Of a stretch of 60,539 nucleotides of DNA, positions 51,722-59,131 are shown one piece after another. The notes under the pieces are model-generated. The model was not told where the DNA came from. It ran no database searches and was given only the letters and a program-made list of their open reading frames with translations. Source of the stretch: an uncultured Ardenticatenales bacterium (GTDB lineage: Bacteria; Chloroflexota; Anaerolineae; Ardenticatenales; JAADHH01); NCBI GenBank assembly GCA_964508275.1, contig CAZDTE010000002.1, positions 1 to 60,539 on the forward strand. Direction: 5' to 3'. Each line of letters opens with the position of its first letter. The stretch's first letter is position 1. The translations under genes and the position numbers were made by a program.

Positions 51722-52947
51722 CACCCCTGAGAAGCAAAGCATCTGATCGTTCAAGAAAACGTAGCTGGCTACAAGTTTGGGTGCTACTTGTGCTCGGTGC
51801 CTTGCTCTTTGTAGCTTTGACCATCGCATTGCGAGAAACGTTTACATCCCCCCATCCCGGCGCCAATGACTTCTACATCCCCTGGCGCGCCGTACGCGCG
51901 CTGGTCGTCGAAGGGCGCAATCCCTACTCACCCGAGGTCACTCGAGACATCCAGCAAGTGCTCTTTGGCGGCCCACGTCCGCCGGGGACTCATCAATACG
52001 CCTTCGCCTACCCCCTCACCGTGCTACCGCTGCTGGCACCACTCGCTCCTTTGCCCTACGATTGGGCGGAGGCGATCTGGGTGACCCTGTCAATGTGGGC
52101 CTTGCTGGGCGGACTCTTCTTGTCGCTGCGCGTGCCGGACTGGTCCCCGCGGCCGCTCTTCATGGCGGTGCTGGCCATCTGGGCGTTACTCTTCTATCCC
52201 GCAGCGCGCGCCCTGATCCTGGGCCAGATCGCGGCGATTGTGTTCTTCCTGGCCACCGCAAGCATCTACCTGCTCCACCGGGGCCATCCGGCCTGGGCAG
52301 GCGTAGCCCTGGCCGCCACGACCATCAAACCGCAAATGGTCGTCTTGCTGATCCCGATTCTGCTGCTGTGGGCGACTGAACGGCGGCAGATGATCGTCTG
52401 GCGCACATTCGCCGTGACGCTGGCCGGCATGGTGCTGCTTCCGCTCCTGTGGCTGCCCACCTGGCCGCTCGATTTCGTCCGCGCCGTGACCGACTACGCC
52501 GGCTACGTCCCCGTCGGCTCTCCCGTCGGGATCGCGCTTTCGGCCTTGCCGGCGTCCGGGGTCATGACCATCGCGTTGGACGGTGCGCTCATGGCGCTCC
52601 TGGCCTACGGATACTGGCGTGAACGGGCGCACGGAACGGCGAGCCTGTTGTGGCTCGCCAGCCTGGCCATCGTCGTTGGCCTGCTAATCGTGCCGCGCGG
52701 CGGAACGACGAACCAGGTCCTGCTGATCATTCCCTGCATGCTGGCGACTTGCTGGTTCGTGCATCGCCACCGCGGCCCGCTGATGACCTCTCTGATCCTG
52801 GCCCTGCTTCTCGTCCTGCCGTGGCTCCTGTTCCTGGCTACCGTGCAGGGGAACACCGAGCAAGTGATCATGTTCGTGCCCCTGCCGTTCGCTGTTCTGC
52901 TGCTACTCTGGCCGATCCGGCCGGGAGGGCGTCCATGCGCGTCGTAG
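51712..52947 (+). CDS. GT-C membrane glycosyltransferase G2 (DUF2029/GT87-like)
   Basis: 411 aa. First-loop motif GANDFYIPW and TTIKPQMVVLL (the KPQ motif typical of DUF2029). The TTG start overlaps the G1 stop. Confidence 0.82.
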   Translation: MEVAPLRSKASDRSRKRSWLQVWVLLVLGALLFVALTIALRETFTSPHPGANDFYIPWRAVRALVVEGRNPYSPEVTRDIQQVLFGGPRPPGTHQYAFAYPLTVLPLLAPLAPLPYDWAEAIWVTLSMWALLGGLFLSLRVPDWSPRPLFMAVLAIWALLFYPAARALILGQIAAIVFFLATASIYLLHRGHPAWAGVALAATTIKPQMVVLLIPILLLWATERRQMIVWRTFAVTLAGMVLLPLLWLPTWPLDFVRAVTDYAGYVPVGSPVGIALSALPASGVMTIALDGALMALLAYGYWRERAHGTASLLWLASLAIVVGLLIVPRGGTTNQVLLIIPCMLATCWFVHRHRGPLMTSLILALLLVLPWLLFLATVQGNTEQVIMFVPLPFAVLLLLWPIRPGGRPCAS

Positions 52948-53213
52948 CCGGCCGGATCGGCCTCGCCGCGCTGGTCATCGCCTGGCTGACTGCCGTCCTG
53001 GTCAGTTTCTACGCCGTGCAAAAACCGTTCGATCTGGCGCAGGTTCGAGCCATGGCCCAAACCGGTTGGAACATTGCCGTCGCTGTGATCGTGCTCGGCG
53101 CCGCCACACGCCTCGGCCTGTGGATCAACCGTTGCTTCTCGCTGCCCGCGCTCGGTATCGGTGAACGTTTCGGGCTCCAGCCCCTTCTGGAGGGCGGCGA
53201 TGAACTCGATTGA
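52935..53213 (+). CDS. Small two-TM membrane protein G3 (92 aa), possibly a gene remnant
   Basis: MRVVAGRIGLAALVIAWLTAVLVSFYAVQKPF.. fills the 252-nt gap between G2 and G4 exactly. Its ATG overlaps the G2 end and its stop overlaps the G4 start. Confidence 0.55.
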   Translation: MRVVAGRIGLAALVIAWLTAVLVSFYAVQKPFDLAQVRAMAQTGWNIAVAVIVLGAATRLGLWINRCFSLPALGIGERFGLQPLLEGGDELD

Positions 53214-54339
53214 GCGGATCTTCCACCCCAGCCGTCGAATTCATTCGATGGCTGCTGCCCTGGAGTTGGCTCTACTGGCCCTGCTGGCCGGGTGGGTGCT
53301 CACCACCTGGCGCTACCCGGCCGGCGACTTCCTGAACAACGCCTGGGCCCCGGCCCGCCTCCTCTGGCTGGGTGGCAACTCGCCGTATGACCAAGCCGCA
53401 GCGAGCCAACTCCTCGCCGGTGCGGCCACCAGCCCGGTGCTGCAAGCCGTCTGGACTCCTCTGGCCCTGCCGCTCTTCTTGCCCCTGTCTTTCCTCCCGC
53501 CCGGACTGGCGGCGAACCTGTGGTTCCTGGCCCAGTTTGCCTGGCTGTTGATGGCGGCTGCCCTACTGAGCCGGTCGAAGGCTGCCGGTCCTCGTTCGCT
53601 CCTTGCCCTGACGGTGCTCATGCTCTTTCCCCCCGCCCTGAACGCGCTAATGCTGGGACAGGTGACGGCATTCGCTGTGGTCGTTCTCGTGGCCGGAGCG
53701 CTGGCCGCCGATCGTGGGCGAGTCCGGCTGGCCGGGTTCCTGATGGCCTGGGCCTTGATCAAGCCGCAATTGACGCCACTGATTCTGCTGGCGCTCGGTG
53801 TTTGGGTGTGGCAAGGGAGGCGGCTTCGGCAACTGCTGATCGGGGGATCGTGCGGTCTGGTCACCGGCCTGGGGCCCATCATCGCGCTGCGACCGACCAT
53901 CGCCGGCGAGTACGTGAGCGCACTGCGCACCAACCCGCAATGGCTACATGCCAGCCTGCCGGCCCTCGTGCGCGAAGCGACCGGCAAGGCCGGTGCAGGA
54001 TACGCAACCTGGCTCATCCTCGCCACCGCCGTCCTGTGGGTGACCTACCGCGTCTGGCAAGTACTGCCCTTCCGGCCGGCTGTCGCCTGGACGTTGGCGC
54101 TCACTCTATTGGTCACGCCCTACGTGTGGAGCTGGGATCAAGTGCTCCTGCTGCCGCTGATGGGGCACGTCTCCCTGTCGACACGGGGCTGGCAGGCCGC
54201 CGGCTGGTGGATCGGCCTGGCCCTGATCGCCGGTGGCTACCTCTGGATCGGGCTGCGCGTGCAGAACGCCAGCCACTGGTACACCTGGGTGCCTTACGCG
54301 GTGATGGCTTTGGCCTGGGGGATGCGCGATGGGGCCTAA
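53200..54339 (+). CDS. GT-C membrane glycosyltransferase G4 (DUF2029/GT87-like)
   Basis: First-loop motif PAGDFLNNAW and WALIKPQLTPLILL (KPQ motif). About 10 hydrophobic segments. Confidence 0.8.
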   Translation: MNSIERIFHPSRRIHSMAAALELALLALLAGWVLTTWRYPAGDFLNNAWAPARLLWLGGNSPYDQAAASQLLAGAATSPVLQAVWTPLALPLFLPLSFLPPGLAANLWFLAQFAWLLMAAALLSRSKAAGPRSLLALTVLMLFPPALNALMLGQVTAFAVVVLVAGALAADRGRVRLAGFLMAWALIKPQLTPLILLALGVWVWQGRRLRQLLIGGSCGLVTGLGPIIALRPTIAGEYVSALRTNPQWLHASLPALVREATGKAGAGYATWLILATAVLWVTYRVWQVLPFRPAVAWTLALTLLVTPYVWSWDQVLLLPLMGHVSLSTRGWQAAGWWIGLALIAGGYLWIGLRVQNASHWYTWVPYAVMALAWGMRDGA

Positions 54340-55855
54340 GCCCAGTCGTATCAGAATCGAGCACCTATGGGTGTTAGCTCTCCTGGCCAGTGCCTTCACA
54401 CTGGTCTCGGTCAGCCCGGTGCCGCCGCACGACTTCTGGTGGCACGCCCGCATCGGTGAACAGATCGTCCACCTGCGGGCCATCCCCACTGCCGACACGT
54501 TCTCGTTTGTCGCCCAAGGCCGGCCGGTGTTTTACCAGAGCTGGCTGAGTGAGGTGGCCCTCTACGGCCTGCTATACGCTGGCGGGTTGCCATTGGCGAT
54601 CTTCGTGCAAGCGTTGCTGATTGCCTTCACCTACGGCTGGCTGTACCTGCTGTGCCGTGAGGGAAGCGGAGGGAATCACCGCCTCGCTGCGTTCTGCACC
54701 GTCTGGGTGCTGTTCGCCGCCTCAAATAACTGGGCCATCCGTCCCCAGAGCTTCTCGTTCTTGCCTTTCCTCCTGTTCCTCTGGGTGCTACGAGGCTACG
54801 TACGCGGCCGGCGAGTCCCGGTCTGGTTGTTGCCCGTGGTGATGGCCCTGTGGGTCAACCTGCACGGCGCGTTCATCCTGGGCGCGATCATGGCCCTGCT
54901 CGTGCTTGCCGGATCGCTGCTCGACCGCCACCTGCCGCTTCGTCGCGACTCCGGCCCCCCGGCGCTCAAGCCGCTGGCCGTCGCCGCGCTTGCCACCCTG
55001 CCGGCGATGCTGCTGAACCCGCGCGGTCTCGGCGTGATCGGCTACGTCATCAACCTGCTTACCAACCCACCCAGCCAGCAGTTGATCATGGAATGGCGGC
55101 AGCCAGACATCCACGGCTTCCAGGGCCGGTTGTTCTACGCCCTGCTGCTGGTTTGTGTGCTTGCGTTTGCGACCTCGCGTCGTCGCCTCCGCTGGGCCGA
55201 CCTGCTCCTCTTTGCCGCCTTCGCCTGGATGGGACTGACCTCCATCCGCTACGTCATCTGGTTCGGTCTGGTGGCCGCCCCGCTGTTGGCCGAATCGCTG
55301 GCTGCGCAGAACTGGCCGATCAGCGAACGTTGGGCCCGGTTCAAGCAAAGTCGCCTGGGACAGATCCTCTTCGTCGGTCAAGAAGGCGGCTATCCCGGCT
55401 TCACGGTTCTGATCATCACGCTGATCGTCCTGGAGGTGCTGATCGCCCTGCCCTGGAACAAAGAGCGCCTGCCACTGCCCCCCGCTGTCGCCGGCTTGAC
55501 AACGCCCGACACTCCCGTGGCCGCCACGCAGTTCCTGCTGGAGCACGACCTGCCCGGTCCCCTGTTCCACGACATGGGCTACGGCAGCTACCTGATCTGG
55601 GCCGCTTGGCCTCGCGTACGGGTCTTCAGCGATCCGCGTGTCGAGTTGTACCCGCTGGATCTCTGGCTAGACTACGCCACGATCTCGTCTGCCCGATACG
55701 ATTATGCCGCTTTGCTGCAGCGCTACGGCATACAGACCCTCATGCTCGACCAGGTGAATCAGGCAGCCCTCATCGAGGCGGTCAGTGCGGCAGGCAGTGG
55801 CTGGCAACCGTTCTACGACGACGGGCGCACTGCCATCTTCCGGAGAGCCCCATGA
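54329..55855 (+). CDS. GT-C-like polytopic membrane protein G5 (family not recognised)
   Basis: 508 aa. First-loop motif PPHDFWWHARIGE. Many TM segments plus a C-terminal soluble domain. Confidence 0.78.
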   Translation: MGPKPSRIRIEHLWVLALLASAFTLVSVSPVPPHDFWWHARIGEQIVHLRAIPTADTFSFVAQGRPVFYQSWLSEVALYGLLYAGGLPLAIFVQALLIAFTYGWLYLLCREGSGGNHRLAAFCTVWVLFAASNNWAIRPQSFSFLPFLLFLWVLRGYVRGRRVPVWLLPVVMALWVNLHGAFILGAIMALLVLAGSLLDRHLPLRRDSGPPALKPLAVAALATLPAMLLNPRGLGVIGYVINLLTNPPSQQLIMEWRQPDIHGFQGRLFYALLLVCVLAFATSRRRLRWADLLLFAAFAWMGLTSIRYVIWFGLVAAPLLAESLAAQNWPISERWARFKQSRLGQILFVGQEGGYPGFTVLIITLIVLEVLIALPWNKERLPLPPAVAGLTTPDTPVAATQFLLEHDLPGPLFHDMGYGSYLIWAAWPRVRVFSDPRVELYPLDLWLDYATISSARYDYAALLQRYGIQTLMLDQVNQAALIEAVSAAGSGWQPFYDDGRTAIFRRAP

Positions 55856-57480
55856 CTCTGCGGCGCACGCTGGCCGGACTGTTCCTGGTCACCCTGATCG
55901 TCAGGGCCCTAACTGCCTGGCCGTTGCAACAGCCCGGCTACTTCGACGCCTACTACTACGTGAACGTGGCCCACAACCTTCTGCACGGGCAGAGTCTGGT
56001 GGAGCACGTGGTCTGGAACTTCCTGGACAACCCAGCGACCATTCCCCACCCCAGCCACCTCTACTGGATGCCCCTATCGACATTCCTGGCGTATACGGGC
56101 ATGTGGCTATTCGGTGACAGTTACCGGGCCAGCCATGTCCCGTTCGTGTTGCTCTCTTCGCTGCTGCCGCCACTGGCAGCCTGGCTGGCCTATCACGTCT
56201 GGCGAAACCTCCGTTACGCCTGGGCTGCCGGCCTGCTTACCCTGTTCAGCGGCTTCTACTTCATCTACTGGGTGACGCCAGAAAACTGGACGCCGTTCGC
56301 CCTGGCGGTGGACGCGGCGTTGGTGGCCCTCTACGTTGGCCTGCGCACGGGGCGCGAGCGCTACGTCATCGCCGCCGGCCTGGCGGCCGGCTTCGCTCAC
56401 CTGGCCCGCGCCGACGGCATCCTGCTCCTCCCCGTTGCTGTCCTTGCCATCGCCGCCCAGAACACGGCCCCCAACCCGAAACTCGAAACTCGAAACCCGA
56501 AACCGTCCCGTTCATCATTCATCATTCGTCATTCATCATTGTTTGTCCTCGCCTACTTCCTTGTCATGGCCCCGTGGTTCTACCGCAACTGGCAAGTCGC
56601 CGGGACACCTCTGCCCACCGCCGGCACCAAGACGATCTTTCTGCGTAGCTACGACGACTTATTCGGCTACGGTCTAGACCTCACCCTGCGCAGCTACCTG
56701 GCCTGGGGGATCGGGCCGATCCTGCGATCCAAACTGATGGCCACGCTGTGGAATCTGGTGATCCTGGCCGGTGCGTTACAATTCTTCCTGGCCCCGTTCG
56801 CCGTCATCGGGTTCTGGCAGACCCGTCGCCACCCGCTGTGGCGACCATTCTTCGTCTACTGCGCGGCCCTCGTCGCCGCGATGGTGCTGGTCTTCACCTT
56901 CCCCAGCCGGCGTGGCTCCATGCTCCACTCTGCAGCGGCCCTGATCCCGTTCGCCTGTGCCGCCGTGCCTGCCGGAGTCGAGGCGACTGTCCAACGCATC
57001 GCCCGTTGGCGGCACACGTGGAACGTTGAAGAAGCCCAGCGCTTCTTCGTCTACGGTTTCGTCGCGCTGGCTGCTGTCATCAGCCTCTTCCTCTACGCGC
57101 AGGCGATCCACGAACCGTGGCTGGGCGAATCTCTCCTGCCGCCGTGGAATGAGCGCGGGCTGGTTTACCGGGAGGTGGACACCTGGCTGGCAGAGCACGA
57201 TCCCGCTGCCGGGCGGCTGATGGCGGTCGATCCACCCGCCGTCCACTACTTCACCGGACGCGAGGCGGTGGTAATCCCCAACAACGGCGTCGACCTGATT
57301 CGGGCCGTGAGCCGCCAGTTCGACGTTTCCTACCTCGTCCTGGAAAAAGATCACATCACTCCCCTGAACGGCCTTTACGATGACCCAGAGAGCCTGCCCG
57401 GGTTCGTGTTGCTGGCCCGCTTTCAAGATGCCAAGGACAATCCCGTGTACCTTTTCCACCTGAAGAGGGTTGAACGTTGA
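55852..57480 (+). CDS. GT-C membrane glycosyltransferase G6 (GT39/ArnT-PMT-like)
   Basis: Trimmed from ORF 54850-57480 to MTLRRTLAGLFLV, with an ATGA overlap with G5. First-loop motif GYFDAYYYV. Contains in-frame heptanucleotide arrays at 56475-56538. Confidence 0.85.
   Translation: MTLRRTLAGLFLVTLIVRALTAWPLQQPGYFDAYYYVNVAHNLLHGQSLVEHVVWNFLDNPATIPHPSHLYWMPLSTFLAYTGMWLFGDSYRASHVPFVLLSSLLPPLAAWLAYHVWRNLRYAWAAGLLTLFSGFYFIYWVTPENWTPFALAVDAALVALYVGLRTGRERYVIAAGLAAGFAHLARADGILLLPVAVLAIAAQNTAPNPKLETRNPKPSRSSFIIRHSSLFVLAYFLVMAPWFYRNWQVAGTPLPTAGTKTIFLRSYDDLFGYGLDLTLRSYLAWGIGPILRSKLMATLWNLVILAGALQFFLAPFAVIGFWQTRRHPLWRPFFVYCAALVAAMVLVFTFPSRRGSMLHSAAALIPFACAAVPAGVEATVQRIARWRHTWNVEEAQRFFVYGFVALAAVISLFLYAQAIHEPWLGESLLPPWNERGLVYREVDTWLAEHDPAAGRLMAVDPPAVHYFTGREAVVIPNNGVDLIRAVSRQFDVSYLVLEKDHITPLNGLYDDPESLPGFVLLARFQDAKDNPVYLFHLKRVER
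56475..56538 (+). repeat. Two heptanucleotide tandem arrays inside G6: (CYCGAAA)x4 at 56475-56502 and (TTCRTCA)x4 at 56511-56538
   Basis: Units read directly: CCCGAAA CTCGAAA CTCGAAA CCCGAAA, then TTCATCA TTCATCA TTCGTCA TTCATCA. They translate as NPKLETRNPKP..SSFIIRHSS. Confidence 0.88.
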
Positions 57481-59075
57481 ACGATAAACGCATCACGCAA
57501 TACGCAACACGCAACACGCAATACGCATTGCCCAGATGGACGTCGTTCGTGGGGATTGCCCTGATCGCCCTGGCCAGCGTCATGGCCTATGTCGGCCTCA
57601 CGCGAGTTGCCCTGGGCCAGTTGGGTTTCCCTCTGGACGATGCCTGGATCCACCAGACCTACGCCCGTAACCTGGTCGAACTGGGCCGGTGGGCTTTCGT
57701 GCCCGGCGAGCCGAGCGCCGGCTCCACCGCGCCGCTGTGGACGATCCTGCTGGCCCTCGCCCACCTCTTGCCTGGCGACTTCCATCTCTGGACCTACCTC
57801 TTCGGCGCTACCGGCCTGCTCATGGTCGGCGTCGGAACTTGGCGACTCTCCCTCCTCCTGTTCGGAAACAGTCGCCTGGCCGGCGTCACGGCGTTGTTCT
57901 GCCTGCTGGAGTGGCACCTCGTGTGGGCCGGCGCCTCGGGCATGGAGATCACGTTCTTCGGCGGGCTGGCTCTGATCGTGATGGCCCGTTACCTGGAGGG
58001 TGTCCGCGGGCTGTCTGGGGAGCGCAAACGGGCCAGCCGCCTGCGCCCGCTGCAATGGGGGCTGTTGACCGGCCTCCTGGTGATGACCCGCCCGGAAGGC
58101 CTCATGCTCGGCGCCATCATCGGCGGGCACATGGTCTTGGTGCTCGCAACCGAGCGGGCGAGGGCGGACGCCGAACAATTCGGAACCGACCTCGGCATGG
58201 GCGATCTCCTGGTCTTCGGTTTCGGCGCGCTGCTCGTCGTCGGGCCGTATCTCCTCTACAACTGGAGTCTCAGCGGCACGATCTTCCCGAACACGTACTA
58301 CGCCAAGCAACATGAGTACCGGATTCTGCTCTCCGCGGTGCCCTGGTGGCGGCGGCTGTTCTCTGTCGGTGCGGCTCCCTGGATCGGGGCCCAGGTGCTG
58401 CTCCTGCCCGGTCTGGTCTACCAGGTCATCACGGGTGGGCAGAGAGATGGTTCTTCTCGCTGGCTCGCCTTGCTGTCGTCGAACGTGCCGTTGGGGTGGG
58501 CCCTGCTCACGATCCTGGCCTATGCCTTGCGCCTGCCGGTCACCTATCAGCACGGGCGGTACGTGATGCCGGTCATTCCGGTGCTGATCGTGTACGGGGT
58601 TGGCGGCACCGAGCGGCTGCTCAACCGGCTGGACCTCCGGCTGCTGCGGTTCGTTGTAGCGCTCTCGACCGGCGCGTTGCTCGTCGCGTTCTGGGTCTTG
58701 GGCGCGCAGGCGTATGTCCAGGACGTGGACATCATTAACTGCGAGATGGTCTCCATCGCTCGCTGGCTGGACGCGAACGCCCCACCGGATGCCTTGATCG
58801 CGGCCCACGACATCGGCGCCATCGGCTACTTCACCCGTCGCCCGCTGCTCGACCTGGCCGGGCTGGTGAACCCGGAAGTGATCCCGATCCTGCGTGACGA
58901 AGCGGCCCTGCAGGTGTGGCTGGTGCGCCGCCGGGCCGACTACCTGGTCACGCTGGGCGACTGGTACACGACGTTGGGGCGCACAGCCGATTGGCTAGCG
59001 ATCCATCGGGCGTCCTGCCCGCGGGTGCAGGCTGCCGGGAAAGAGGACATCGTGGTCTACGTCGCCGTCCGTTGA
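57477..59075 (+). CDS. GT-C-like polytopic membrane protein G7
   Basis: 532 aa. First-loop motif LGFPLDDAWIHQTYARNL and a C-terminal soluble domain. The TTG start overlaps the G6 stop (TTGA). An alternative TTG start is near 57527. Confidence 0.78.
   Translation: MNDKRITQYATRNTQYALPRWTSFVGIALIALASVMAYVGLTRVALGQLGFPLDDAWIHQTYARNLVELGRWAFVPGEPSAGSTAPLWTILLALAHLLPGDFHLWTYLFGATGLLMVGVGTWRLSLLLFGNSRLAGVTALFCLLEWHLVWAGASGMEITFFGGLALIVMARYLEGVRGLSGERKRASRLRPLQWGLLTGLLVMTRPEGLMLGAIIGGHMVLVLATERARADAEQFGTDLGMGDLLVFGFGALLVVGPYLLYNWSLSGTIFPNTYYAKQHEYRILLSAVPWWRRLFSVGAAPWIGAQVLLLPGLVYQVITGGQRDGSSRWLALLSSNVPLGWALLTILAYALRLPVTYQHGRYVMPVIPVLIVYGVGGTERLLNRLDLRLLRFVVALSTGALLVAFWVLGAQAYVQDVDIINCEMVSIARWLDANAPPDALIAAHDIGAIGYFTRRPLLDLAGLVNPEVIPILRDEAALQVWLVRRRADYLVTLGDWYTTLGRTADWLAIHRASCPRVQAAGKEDIVVYVAVR
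57495..57529 (+). repeat. Heptanucleotide tandem array (ACGCAAY)x5 at the G6/G7 junction
   Basis: ACGCAAT ACGCAAC ACGCAAC ACGCAAT ACGCATT read directly. If G7 starts at 57477 it translates as ITQYATRNTQYAL. Confidence 0.88.
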
Positions 59076-59131
59076 GGCGCAGACTGGGGGGGTCAGGTTG
59101 CGATGAGTGTGAGGAGGAGGTGTGACAGACG

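Noticed and set aside
54850-55851. The N-terminal 334 codons of ORF 54850-57480
   Set aside because: This part overlaps G5 in another frame and translates to Arg/Pro/Ala-rich junk. A membrane-protein-like sequence begins only at ATG 55852, which overlaps the G5 stop as ATGA.
57423-58808. A 461-aa minus-strand ORF, plus similar long antisense or alternate-frame ORFs (8175-9353, 45366-46541, 25418-26482, 53313-54026, 5809-6936)
   Set aside because: All are shadow ORFs opposite to, or out of frame with, genes carrying clear family motifs. All have Arg/Pro/Gly-rich composition.
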